Part shown: positions 51,601 to 60,920 of the stretch, piece by piece
Layout of the letters: each line of letters starts with the position of its first letter
Position numbering within the stretch: position 1 is the first letter of the stretch
Assembly (NCBI GenBank): GCA_963842525.1
Contig: CAWJGT010000009.1
Span: forward strand, 1,536,001-1,600,000
Origin: an uncultured Holophagales bacterium
GTDB taxonomy: Bacteria; Acidobacteriota; Thermoanaerobaculia; Multivoradales; UBA5704
Length of the DNA: 64,000 bases
Reading direction: 5' to 3'
The notes under the pieces: model-generated
What the model saw: the letters and a program-made list of their open reading frames with translations, nothing else
Databases searched by the model: none
Told to the model about the DNA's origin: nothing
Made by a program: the position numbers and the translations under genes

Positions 51601-52002
51601 CTGGGTATCCATCCTGTAGGTGTAGGGGCCAATTTCTTCGAGCTCGGCGGGCACTCGCTCCTGGCCACCCGCATTATCTCCCGGCTGCGTGAGAGGTATC
51701 AGATCGACCTGCCGCTACGCGCGATCTTCGACACGCCAACCGTGGCGGCCCTTTCACGGTCCGTTGAGGCGCGGGCGGCGTCGGCCGCGGTGCCGCTGGC
51801 CGGCATGGGAGCGGAGCGGAGCATTGAGGACGATCTGGCCGAGTTGGAAGGGATCACGGATGAGCAAGCGCAAATCCTTCTTGAAGGCGCCGCTGATCAC
51901 CCCCAAGCGATCCCCGCGATGAAGGAGGCGATTCATCGACTTGCAGCGCTATCGTCCGGAGAAGCTTGCGCTTCCGCCACCGGAGAGATCCAGGATGAGT
52001 GA
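48655..52002 (+). CDS. NRPS interface(C-like, non-catalytic)-A(Asp)-T, 1115 aa
   Basis: The C-like domain has SVPSLCADVFS in place of HHxxxDG. Code DLTKVGHVGK matches Asp. T motif GGHSL. ATG 48655 follows GAGGG; GTG 48649 is an alternative start. Confidence 0.9.
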   Translation: MDNQPAAGFPLTESQRRLWSLRQQGLAPRIACLVDLIGEFEPQLVRRAIEQVVLRHEMLRTGFLRRPGMRFPLQVPREAVAAGWLEVDLTEATTPAAGDRFEELWHRELVYAADREDDLLRAVLITRTGSCSLLISVPSLCADVFSLRRIVEEVAQVCAGGVEGLEDPVPYLDVVEWQGKLLTGNDEEATRGRAFWRRQDLGALQAPSLPFEGGSGPALREDRDVVPARVSVDTAYELRAELYTAAERHGVSRVEILRLAWRVLLARLSGESTFLLHELFDGRSDEQLLSMVGPLSRWIPQRVEEVEDHTLEEALRRVGRLHVDSEVWQHHLEWPAEANPAVDEAMVGFVVESWPRFSAGAGRALAVRRRQSWSEPFKLVLCCLELGEDLAVELHYDASRLSRPDVEHTAAQLAVLLAGLSSVEPRLRRLSLTGESESRVLAQLCRGEALRIPGQPVHRLIEAQAALIPLAPAVIYEDLVLSYGDLNTRANQLGRVLRRLGVTPDTPVALFVGRSPELMVGMLAILKAGGAYVPLDAAQPNRRLSMELDDLGVRVIVTENGLASRLSDFPGAVVRIDGDQEEISCEPRVDLERGSLPENLAYIIFTSGSTGRSKGVAVEHRQLLNYIEGIRTRLSLGTGWSYANVSTFAADLGNTTVFPALTSGGCLHLVAQERTADPAGMVEYFERHPVDCLKIVPTHLEALHAMAEPERLLPRRRLVLGGEASKVRHSEELSRIAGECRVFNHYGPSETTVGVLTYPVPTALDSRCRTLPIGSPLPNTSVYLLDREGKRVSVWEPGEIHIGGASVSRGYFGRPELTAESFVPDPFATELGMRMYRTGDLARLLPEGSIEFLGRRDHQVKFHGFRVELNEIRTLLNTHPQIRDSVVQAIRDRNGRDALIAYYVSRQELEFGSLRAWLAQRLAEVILPNFFVHLRKLPLTLNGKINYQALPGIEEAKQQARSSFIAPRTETEEEVARIWSEVLGIHPVGVGANFFELGGHSLLATRIISRLRERYQIDLPLRAIFDTPTVAALSRSVEARAASAAVPLAGMGAERSIEDDLAELEGITDEQAQILLEGAADHPQAIPAMKEAIHRLAALSSGEACASATGEIQDE

Positions 52003-55000
52003 GCTCCAGCGGCGAATTGCAAAGCTTTCCCGAGATAAGAAAGCATTGTTGGTTTTGCGAAACCCGCTGTCATTTGCCCAGCGGCGTCTTTGGTTCCTCG
52101 AGCAGCTCGAGCCTGGCAACGCGTCTTACAACGTGCCGGCCGCGTTGCGCTTTTCGGGTCCGCTGGATGTCGGCGTGCTGCGGCGCAGCATGGCCGCAGT
52201 CGTAGCGCGTCACGCGATCCTTCGCACCTCGTTTCCTTCTTTTGACGGGCAGCCCTTCCAGATGGTCTCTCCTCCGTCGGAGATCCTTCTGCCGCTCGTG
52301 AGCCTGGAGATGCTTCCACCCGACTTGCAGGAGAGCGAAGCCCGGTGCATCGCTGAGCGGGAGGCCAGGCGCACCTTCGATCTCTCCGAAGGACCTCTGC
52401 TGCGAGCTAGCCTACTTCGTTTGGCAACAGAAGAGCACATCTTCCTTCTCAACCTGCACCACATCATCTGCGACGGCTGGTCGCGGGAGGTCCTGGTGCG
52501 GGAGGTGGCGGAGCTGTACGACGCTTCGTCGGCCGGGCGGCAACCGCACCTGCCTGAAGTGCCGATCCAGTATGTAGACTACGCCCGCTGGCAATATTCA
52601 TGGCTCAAGGGTGAGCAGGCGCGGATTCAACTCGCCTACTGGCGTCATCGCCTTGAGGGCTGCCCACCGCTGCTTGACTTGCCGACGAACCGCCCGCGGA
52701 AAGCCACGCCAAGCCATCAAGGGCGCGAGACGCACCGCCGGTTGCCTGAGTGCATTAGGGATGACCTCGACCGTTTGAAGAGAGAAGAACGAGCGACCAT
52801 CTTCATAGCCTGCCTGGCGGTCTTCAAGATATTGCTCTACCGGCTCTCTGGACAGCGTGATATAGCGGTAGGCACCCCAGTGACCAATCGTACCTGGTTG
52901 GAGACTGAGGGGCTGGTCGGCCTCTTCCTCAACATGCTGGTGCTGAGAACCGAAATACAGACTTCCTGCACGTTCCGACAGCTGCTTGCGCGAGTCCGGG
53001 AAGAGACCCTAGAGGCTTATGATCACCAGGACCTGCCATTCGAGTTGCTCGTGGACGAGCTACGACCGGAACGGAACTTGGGGGCTCACCCGTTGTTCCA
53101 GGTGATGTTCACCGAGGTGGAATTCCGGCCTGCACAGGCTTCACGGATAGGACTTCGAATCGAGCCCCTGGTCTTGGAGCGGCGGGCAGCCAAGTACGAC
53201 CTGAGCCTCGGCATCGGTGTCTGGAGCGACGGTATAGGTATCAATGCGGAGTGGCGGACTGAGCTGTTCGATGTGGCGACTGTGATACGGCTGCTAGGCC
53301 ACTTCGAAACATTGCTGACCTCGGCGGTGGCAAACCCCGATCGCCTCGTCAATGAGCTGCCGATCTTGACTGAGGGAGAGCGCTGGCACCTCATAGGAGA
53401 GTGGAACGATACGATTATCGATCAACCCTCCAAATGTATTCACCATCTGTTCGAGCAGAGTGCAGCCGAGGCCGGTGACCGCATTGCGCTCCTGTTCGAA
53501 AATCACTGCCTTACCTTCTCCCAGCTCGATTGCCTGGCGAACTGCGTCGCCGCACGGCTATTGGAGCTCGGACTAGGGACCGAAGCACCGGTGGGACTCT
53601 ATCTGGAGCGATCGCCGGAAATGGTGATCGGCATGCTCGGTGTCCTCAAGGCCGGAGGCTCCTATGTACCGCTCGATCCAAGTTTTCCGGAGGATCGGCT
53701 TGCCTTCATGGCCCAAGACGCCGGAGTCGAGATTCTGATGACGGGGCCTGAGCCTCCTGGAGGCCTCAAGCAGTGGGCAGTGCATACGATACACATCTGT
53801 GCCGAGGAGATATTGACGGCGCAAGCCCCCTTTCGTGCACGGGCCGAGCGGGTTCTGCCAGAGAACGTGGCTTACGTCCTCTACACCTCCGGCTCGACAG
53901 GACGTCCGAAGGGAGTGCGGATCACCCATCGCGCGGTCGTGAATTTCCTGTCTGCGATGGCGCGGCGCCCCGGATTAACGGAGCGGGACGTCCTCCTCGG
54001 CGTCACTACCCTGTCCTTCGACATCGCTGTCTTGGAGATCTTCCTGCCTCTTGTCATCGGAGCGCGACTGGTGCTCACCGGCCGCCGTACCTTGGCTGAC
54101 GGTCCGGCCCTGCTGCGCGCTCTTGAACGCTCGCAGGCGACGGTGATGCAGGGTACGCCCGCCACTTGGCGCCTGCTCCTCGCATCCGGCTGGCAGGGCG
54201 ATGGGCGGTTGAAGGTTTTGTGTGGAGGTGAAGCGCTGTCGCCGGATCTGGCGGATGCGCTGTTGCACGCCGGCGGCTCGCTGTGGAATCTTTATGGCCC
54301 CACTGAAACCACCGTGTGGTCGGTCACCGGAGAAGTGACGGCGGCAGGCGCGCCAATACCGATTGGTCGCCCGATCGCCAACACCAAGATCTATGTCCTT
54401 GCAAGCAGGCTCGCGCCGGCAGCGTTGGGCGCAGCGGGTGATCTTTATATCGGCGGCGACGGCCTGGCTCGGGACTACATCGGGCGCGCCGACCTCACCG
54501 CGGACAGCCTGATCCCCGATCCCTGGAGTGCCTCGCCAGGTGCTCGCCTCTACCGAACCGGTGATCGCGTGCGCTACTTCTCCGATGGTCGCCTTGAGTT
54601 TCTCGGCCGCAACGACCAGCAGATCAAGCTGCGGGGTCATCGCATCGAGTTAGGAGAAGTGGAGACCATTCTGGCACGCCATCCAGCCGTAGCGCAGACA
54701 GCGGTGGCGTTGCGCAGGGATGCTTCCGGGGAGAGCTGCCTCGTGGCCTATGTAGTGGCCTCTGGAGGTGACTCACCGGCGGCAGGTGAGCTGCAGCGAT
54801 TTCTGAGAGCGAAGCTGCCGCTCTATATGGTTCCAGCCGTCTTCATGATTCTAGATCGCCTTCCGTTGACACCCAATGGCAAGGTGAACCGCCGTGCTCT
54901 GCCCGACCCTGATGAACTGCGCAAAGCGGGCAGGCAGTTCGCTCCGGCGCAGACCCTGGTCCAGCAGAAAATCGTCGACGTCTGGGAGGAGGTGCTCAAG

Positions 55001-58000
55001 CTGCCGGGGATCGGCATTGCGGACAACTTCTTTGAGCTGGGGGGGCACTCCATACTTGCCACGCAGGTCATGGCCCGCCTGCGCAGCTCATTCGGGATTG
55101 AGGTACCCCTGCGAGATCTGTTCGAAGCTCCGACAGTAGCCGAAGTGAGCGAGCGGATCGAGGCCGCGCTGCGAGGGAGGATCGGTCTCCAGGTCCCCAC
55201 CATCGTAAAGCTTCCCAACCGAGATCGCATACCTCTATCGTTCGCGCAGCAACGGCTCTGGTTCCTAGATCAATTGGAGCCCGGAAGTTCCGTCTACAAT
55301 ATGTCCGTGGCTGTTCAGCTCCAGGGGAGTCTCGATGTCAGCGTCTTGGAGCGTACACTGGCCGAGATCATGCGGCGCCATGAGACGCTGCGGACCACCT
55401 TCTCTCTCGCGGGACAGGAACCGGTGCAGGTGATTGCTCTACAGGCTAGGCCAGCCGTGTCAGTGATCGACCTGCGCAACCTTGAGAGCGCGCGGTGCCA
55501 GGCTTTGACACAGCGGATCGTGCGTAGCTCGGCGACCGCGCCGTTCGACCTTTCGCGCCTGCCGCTGCTGCGGGTTTCGCTCCTCCTGCTGGCCGAGCAC
55601 GATCACATTATCCTCCTCACGCTGCACCATATCATCAGCGACGGCTGGTCGCTCGGCCTATTGATCCGCGAAATGGCAGCGATCTATGGAGCCTTTTCGC
55701 GACAGGCCCCCTCGCCGCTCCCCGAGCTGCCTGTGCAGTATGCCGATTACACTTTCTGGCAACGGGGTTGGTTGCAGGGTGAAACACTCGAGGTGCTTCT
55801 CAACTACTGGCGCAACCAGCTCAGTACAGGCATCTCGCCGATCGAGCTTCCGACCGATCGGCCTCGGCCACAGATCCAGAGCTACCGGGGTGCGCGGCGG
55901 TCCTTCAACATTGCGGTCCCCCAATCCCTCAGGAGCCTGATCCGCAAGAGCGAGGTAACCCTTTTCGCTCTGCTGATGGCGGTCTTGCATGTGCTCCTGC
56001 GCCGCTACTGCGGTCGCACTACCGTGACCGTCGGTTTCCCGGTCGCGAATCGCTCGCATGTAGAGATCGAGAAGCTGATCGGGTTCTTCGCCAACACCCT
56101 CGCGCTCCGCACGGAAATCACAGATCATCTGAAGTTTTCTGAGTTCCTGCAGCGGGTTAGCGAGACGGTTCTGGGAGCACTCGCCCATCAAGATATGCCG
56201 TTCGAGAAGCTGGTCGATGCCCTGGGGCCCGAGCGGGCGCTGGATCAGAACCCGATCTTCCAGGTCATGCTTGCACTCCAGAACGTCCCGTTGCCGACTC
56301 TTGAAATTTCGAAGCTGAGCGTGAGGCCTGTGGGCCTGGAGAGCGGAGTGTCCCGGTTTGATTGGCTTCTCTTCATGGAAGAGAGGGAGGGAAGCCTGCT
56401 CGGCAGCTTCGAATATTGCACTGACCTCTTCGATGCGGTGACGATCGCGCGGACTGTCGGCCACATCGAGTCGTTGCTGGGGAGGGTCGCCGTCGATCCA
56501 GAACAGCGGATCGACGACATCCCTATGCTGACCAGGAACGAATCGCACCAGACCCTGCTCGAGTGGAATGACCCGGGGTTCTCGAGATCTCCTTGGCAGG
56601 ACATCCCACAGCTCTTCGAGAGCCAGACCGAGATGAGCCCCGACACGGTTGCTGTCCGGTGGGAGGGCGACACTCTGACTTATCGGGAGCTGAATGCCCG
56701 GTCAAATGCCCTGGCCCGGCGCCTGCGGGCGCTGGGTGTCGGCCCGGATGTATTGGTCGCGGTCCACCTGGAGAGTTGTCTCGCACTATCCGTTGCGCTC
56801 CTGGCCATTTTGAAAGCGGGAGGTGCCTATCTTCCTCTCGACCCCTCTCATCCCAAGCAGCGGTTGGCCTTCTTGCTGGAGGACGCCGGCGTAGGGCTGA
56901 TCATCGCTGCAAGGGGGCCGGCCGAGGAGCCCAGGGTCCAGGGTATACCGGCCCTGTACATGGCGGAGAATGGGCAGGACGGCTGGGAAAGTGAACGCAA
57001 TCTCACACCCGTAGCGGAAAGTCAAAATCTGGCTTACGTGATCTATACGTCAGGATCGACGGGGAGGCCCAAGGGGGTGGCCATGACTCGCGGGGCTCTG
57101 GGCAACCTGCTGTCCTGGCAGCTCCGACAGTCCCGGCCGGCACCTGGAGCCGGCACCTTGCAGTTCGCTGCAACGACGTTCGACGTCTCCGCCCAGGAGA
57201 TCTTCTCGACCTGGTGTGCGGGCGGCACGCTGGTCCTGATTCCGGAGGCTCTGCGCCGGGACAGCTCCGCCCTCCTCGGTTTCCTCGCAGAATTACGGAT
57301 TGCGCGATTGTTCCTGCCCGTCGTGGCGCTCCAGCAACTTGCCGAGACCGCGCTCCGGGAAGAGCGCCGGCTCTTGCATCTGCGTGAGGTGGCTGTGGCG
57401 GGCGAGCAACTGCGGATCAGCGCGGAAATCCGTGACTTCTTCGAGCAGATCCCCAACTGTCAACTGCAGAACCATTATGGCCCGACCGAGAGCCATGTGG
57501 CAAGCGCCTTTACGCTCCTGGGTCCGCCTGCGACCTGGAGCACACTGCCGTACATCGGAAGACCGATCACCGGCGCAGCGATACACCTGCTGAGCCCATG
57601 TCTGCAGGCAGTACCCGCCGGAGTGGCAGGGGAGTTGTACATCGGCGGCGCAGGCTTGGCCCGGGGTTATATCAGCCGCGTCCAGCTGACGGCGGAGAGG
57701 TTTATCCCCGATGCCTTCAGCGGCGAGCCAGGATCACGCCTATACAGGACCGGAGACCTCGCTCGTCATCTGCCGGACGGCAACATCGAATTTCTCGGAC
57801 GCATGGATGACCAGATCAAGGTGAGAGGCTTCCGCGTCGAGCCGGGTGAGATCGAAGCTGTGCTCTGCCGCCACCCAGACGTCCGGCAGGCCGTGTCCAT
57901 GGCGCGGCAGAGGGCGCGCTACGGGACGGCGATCGTGGCCTACGTGGTCGCTGCCGAAGGGCGCAGCCCCACCGGACACGAGCTGCGACGTTGGCTGAAA

Positions 58001-59848
58001 GAGGAATTGCCGGAGCCGATGATCCCTGCAGCCTTCGTGGTTGTGGAGAGTCTCCCGCTGACGCGCAGCGGCAAGATCGATCGCCGGGCGCTGCCAGCAC
58101 CCTCTTGGGATCGATCCGGTATTGGAGAGGAGCTCACAGCGCCTCTCACCCCCGCAGAGGAGATCATCACCGGCATCTGGAGCGAGGTCCTGGGGATCGA
58201 GCGGCTGGGTGTCAACGACAACTTCTTTGACCTCGGAGGGCATTCCCTGCTGGCAACGAGGGTGATCTCCAGAATCCAGGATGTCTTTGGCGTCCCAGTG
58301 CCGCTGCGACTGCTTTTCGAGCGTCCAACGATCGCGGGGCTCGCGGTGGGAGTAGAAGCGGCGAAGCTGGCCGGCCTGGGATTGCAGGGTTCCCGGATCG
58401 AGCGCGCTCCCCGCACGGGTGCTCTGCCTCTCTCGTTCGCCCAGCAACGGCTTTGGTTCATAGATCAACTGGATCCCGGCAGCACTGCCTACAACCTCGC
58501 TGCGGCCGTGCGGCTGACCGGCATTCTTTCCCACCCAGCGCTGGAGAGAAGCTTCAAGGAGGTCCTGCGCCGGCACGAGGCCCTGCGGACGACTTTCGCG
58601 GAGAAGGAGGGCCGTCCGGTGCAGGTCATCGCGCCGCCTTCCCCGCGGACCCTGTCGGTCGTCGATCTGGAGAGCCTCTCTGGGATACAGCGAGATAGGG
58701 AGGTCCTTCGGATCGCCGAGGAAGCAGCCCGAGCGCCGTTCAACTTGAGCCGCGGTCCGCTCTTGAGGATCCTGCTGGTGAGGTCGACTGCACAGACGCA
58801 CGTCCTGACGCTGATTCTGCATCACATCGTCGCCGACGCCTGGTCGATGGGCATCCTCGTGCGCGAGATCGACACTCTTTATAGGGCCTTCCTCCACGGC
58901 CGCCCATCACCCTTGAACGAGCTCCCGATCCAGTACGCAGACTTTTCCTGCTGGCAAAGGGACTGGCTCCAGGGAGAGGTCCTGGAGACACATCTCGCGT
59001 ACTGGCGGCTGCGGCTAACCGGTGCGCCGTTGCTTCTGCTACCGACGGACCGTCCACGGCCGGCTGCCGACCCGCAGAAGGGGGGGCGCCGTTCTTTCTT
59101 TATGGAAGCGGAGCTGACCAGGTCCCTCAAACAGATCAGTCGCGCCGAAGGCGTAACGTTGTTCATGACCTTGCTTGCAGCATTCCAAAGCCTGCTCTGC
59201 TTCGCCGCAGGACAGGATGACGTGGTCGTTGGAGCAGACATCGCGAACCGCAACCGCCGTGAGACGGAAGGCCTGATCGGGTTTTTCGTCAACATGTTGG
59301 TGATGCGGGCCGATCTCGCGGGGAACCCCACTTTTCGCCAGCTGCTGCGGCGAGTGCGAGAGACGGCGCTTGGCGCTTTTGCGCACCAGGATCTACCGTT
59401 TGAGCGGGTGGTCGAGGAGCTGCGGCGAGAACGAACAGCACCGCAGCCATTTCAAGTTGTATTCAACTTCGACAACACCGCCGCGATCGCGGCGGCGGAC
59501 GATCGGCCCGTGGGTGATCTATCGATAGAGACGATAGACCTGGGAGGGACAGCCGTCAGGTTCGAGCTGGCTTTGGCGATGAGAGAGCACGCCAGCGGCC
59601 TGCGGGCCAGCTGGCTGTACAGTACAGATCTATTCGACGAGCTGACCGTCGACCGGATGCAGGCGCGGTTCGAGTCGATGCTCCGCTGCGTCGTCGCCAA
59701 TCCGGAAGTGCGCCTCAAGCAGCTCGAGCTGTCGAGCAGGTTGGAGCACGACGGCCGGGACCTGCAAGGTCGCGAGCGTGAGGAGCGTAAAAAAATGTTG
59801 CGGAGCGTAAAACCGAGAGCGATGCAGGTTGGACTCGATCTGGCATGA
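51995..59848 (+). CDS. NRPS C-A(Gly)-T-C-A(Pro)-T-C, 2617 aa
   Basis: Docking-like start MSELQRRIAKLSRDKKALL at ATG 51995. C motifs HHIICDG, HHIISDG and HHIVADA. Codes DILQLGLVWK (Gly) and DVQFAAHVAK (Pro). Carriers GGHSI and GGHSL. Ends with a terminal C domain. Confidence 0.93.
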   Translation: MSELQRRIAKLSRDKKALLVLRNPLSFAQRRLWFLEQLEPGNASYNVPAALRFSGPLDVGVLRRSMAAVVARHAILRTSFPSFDGQPFQMVSPPSEILLPLVSLEMLPPDLQESEARCIAEREARRTFDLSEGPLLRASLLRLATEEHIFLLNLHHIICDGWSREVLVREVAELYDASSAGRQPHLPEVPIQYVDYARWQYSWLKGEQARIQLAYWRHRLEGCPPLLDLPTNRPRKATPSHQGRETHRRLPECIRDDLDRLKREERATIFIACLAVFKILLYRLSGQRDIAVGTPVTNRTWLETEGLVGLFLNMLVLRTEIQTSCTFRQLLARVREETLEAYDHQDLPFELLVDELRPERNLGAHPLFQVMFTEVEFRPAQASRIGLRIEPLVLERRAAKYDLSLGIGVWSDGIGINAEWRTELFDVATVIRLLGHFETLLTSAVANPDRLVNELPILTEGERWHLIGEWNDTIIDQPSKCIHHLFEQSAAEAGDRIALLFENHCLTFSQLDCLANCVAARLLELGLGTEAPVGLYLERSPEMVIGMLGVLKAGGSYVPLDPSFPEDRLAFMAQDAGVEILMTGPEPPGGLKQWAVHTIHICAEEILTAQAPFRARAERVLPENVAYVLYTSGSTGRPKGVRITHRAVVNFLSAMARRPGLTERDVLLGVTTLSFDIAVLEIFLPLVIGARLVLTGRRTLADGPALLRALERSQATVMQGTPATWRLLLASGWQGDGRLKVLCGGEALSPDLADALLHAGGSLWNLYGPTETTVWSVTGEVTAAGAPIPIGRPIANTKIYVLASRLAPAALGAAGDLYIGGDGLARDYIGRADLTADSLIPDPWSASPGARLYRTGDRVRYFSDGRLEFLGRNDQQIKLRGHRIELGEVETILARHPAVAQTAVALRRDASGESCLVAYVVASGGDSPAAGELQRFLRAKLPLYMVPAVFMILDRLPLTPNGKVNRRALPDPDELRKAGRQFAPAQTLVQQKIVDVWEEVLKLPGIGIADNFFELGGHSILATQVMARLRSSFGIEVPLRDLFEAPTVAEVSERIEAALRGRIGLQVPTIVKLPNRDRIPLSFAQQRLWFLDQLEPGSSVYNMSVAVQLQGSLDVSVLERTLAEIMRRHETLRTTFSLAGQEPVQVIALQARPAVSVIDLRNLESARCQALTQRIVRSSATAPFDLSRLPLLRVSLLLLAEHDHIILLTLHHIISDGWSLGLLIREMAAIYGAFSRQAPSPLPELPVQYADYTFWQRGWLQGETLEVLLNYWRNQLSTGISPIELPTDRPRPQIQSYRGARRSFNIAVPQSLRSLIRKSEVTLFALLMAVLHVLLRRYCGRTTVTVGFPVANRSHVEIEKLIGFFANTLALRTEITDHLKFSEFLQRVSETVLGALAHQDMPFEKLVDALGPERALDQNPIFQVMLALQNVPLPTLEISKLSVRPVGLESGVSRFDWLLFMEEREGSLLGSFEYCTDLFDAVTIARTVGHIESLLGRVAVDPEQRIDDIPMLTRNESHQTLLEWNDPGFSRSPWQDIPQLFESQTEMSPDTVAVRWEGDTLTYRELNARSNALARRLRALGVGPDVLVAVHLESCLALSVALLAILKAGGAYLPLDPSHPKQRLAFLLEDAGVGLIIAARGPAEEPRVQGIPALYMAENGQDGWESERNLTPVAESQNLAYVIYTSGSTGRPKGVAMTRGALGNLLSWQLRQSRPAPGAGTLQFAATTFDVSAQEIFSTWCAGGTLVLIPEALRRDSSALLGFLAELRIARLFLPVVALQQLAETALREERRLLHLREVAVAGEQLRISAEIRDFFEQIPNCQLQNHYGPTESHVASAFTLLGPPATWSTLPYIGRPITGAAIHLLSPCLQAVPAGVAGELYIGGAGLARGYISRVQLTAERFIPDAFSGEPGSRLYRTGDLARHLPDGNIEFLGRMDDQIKVRGFRVEPGEIEAVLCRHPDVRQAVSMARQRARYGTAIVAYVVAAEGRSPTGHELRRWLKEELPEPMIPAAFVVVESLPLTRSGKIDRRALPAPSWDRSGIGEELTAPLTPAEEIITGIWSEVLGIERLGVNDNFFDLGGHSLLATRVISRIQDVFGVPVPLRLLFERPTIAGLAVGVEAAKLAGLGLQGSRIERAPRTGALPLSFAQQRLWFIDQLDPGSTAYNLAAAVRLTGILSHPALERSFKEVLRRHEALRTTFAEKEGRPVQVIAPPSPRTLSVVDLESLSGIQRDREVLRIAEEAARAPFNLSRGPLLRILLVRSTAQTHVLTLILHHIVADAWSMGILVREIDTLYRAFLHGRPSPLNELPIQYADFSCWQRDWLQGEVLETHLAYWRLRLTGAPLLLLPTDRPRPAADPQKGGRRSFFMEAELTRSLKQISRAEGVTLFMTLLAAFQSLLCFAAGQDDVVVGADIANRNRRETEGLIGFFVNMLVMRADLAGNPTFRQLLRRVRETALGAFAHQDLPFERVVEELRRERTAPQPFQVVFNFDNTAAIAAADDRPVGDLSIETIDLGGTAVRFELALAMREHASGLRASWLYSTDLFDELTVDRMQARFESMLRCVVANPEVRLKQLELSSRLEHDGRDLQGREREERKKMLRSVKPRAMQVGLDLA

Positions 59849-59863
59849 CCGAGGCTACTCAAA

Positions 59864-60889
59864 ATGTCTGAAAAATTGAGCGACAGATTCAATCGGACCA
59901 TTGGTGCTAAACCCAAGTCCCTGTGGCTTTCCAGTGAGGACCCCGTACGATTCGAGCGACTCCTGCCGGAGCGCGATTTGCCTTTGCTGGCCAAGCCCAA
60001 CATGAGTGACATCGATCTGGCCGCCTGGGCAGCGGCCAGCCGCGGACCCGTCGCCGAGCGGCTCACGCGGGCGGGTGGCATCCTATTTCGTGGTTTCAGT
60101 ATCCGCTCTGTCGAAGAATTCGAGCGGTTGTGCAGGGCCGTGTCCCCCGTGCTAATGGACTATAGCGAGAGATCGACGCCGCGCAGTGAGGTCAGCGGCA
60201 AGATCTATACCTCGACCGAGTACCCGGCCGACCAGAACATCCCATTTCACAACGAGCTCTCCTATGCGCAGCGCTGGCCCTTGAAGATCTGGTTTTTCTC
60301 GCTCAAGCCCGCCGCTCAGGGAGGCGAGACCCCGATCGCTGACAGCCGCGCCGTCTTTCGCCGGATTCCCCCCGCGATCAGGGATCGGTTTATCGAGAAA
60401 AATGTGATGTATGTGCGCAACTTTGGCTCGGGACTGGGCTTGAGCTGGCGAGAGGTTTTCCAAACCGAGGAGAAAGCCGTGGTGGAAGATCATTGCCGGA
60501 GAGCTGACATCGAGTTCGAATGGGGGCCAGGAGAGCGGTTGCGAACGAAGGCGATCCGGCCGGCCGTCGCCCAGCATCCTCAGACGGGAGACATCGTGTG
60601 GTTCAACCAGGCGCATTTGCATCATATATCGAGCCTGCCTGCTGCAGAGCGTACCTCCTTGTTGGAGGTCATTTCGCAAGATGAGCTTCCCTTCAATACC
60701 TTTTATGGCGACGGTACGGAGATCGCAGACGAAGACCTGGACGAGATCCGGCAAGCCTACCAGGAGGCCGCGGTGTATTTCCCCTGGGAGGAGGGTGACG
60801 TCTTGATGTTGGACAACATGCTCGTGGCCCACGGCCGGACCTCCTATACGGGACCACGCAAGATCGTGGTGGCGATGGCGGAGGCCTGA
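59864..60889 (+). CDS. Stand-alone TauD/SyrP-like Fe(II)/2-oxoglutarate dioxygenase (probable carrier-bound amino acid beta-hydroxylase), 341 aa
   Basis: Motifs GGILFRGF, IYTSTEYP, IPFHNELSY, GGETPIAD, WFNQAHL and DNMLVAHGRTSY; GAGG RBS at 59851. Confidence 0.92.
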   Translation: MSEKLSDRFNRTIGAKPKSLWLSSEDPVRFERLLPERDLPLLAKPNMSDIDLAAWAAASRGPVAERLTRAGGILFRGFSIRSVEEFERLCRAVSPVLMDYSERSTPRSEVSGKIYTSTEYPADQNIPFHNELSYAQRWPLKIWFFSLKPAAQGGETPIADSRAVFRRIPPAIRDRFIEKNVMYVRNFGSGLGLSWREVFQTEEKAVVEDHCRRADIEFEWGPGERLRTKAIRPAVAQHPQTGDIVWFNQAHLHHISSLPAAERTSLLEVISQDELPFNTFYGDGTEIADEDLDEIRQAYQEAAVYFPWEEGDVLMLDNMLVAHGRTSYTGPRKIVVAMAEA

Positions 60890-60920
60890 GGAAAAGGTTC
60901 CTGTTCGGAGGCCCCAGCAG

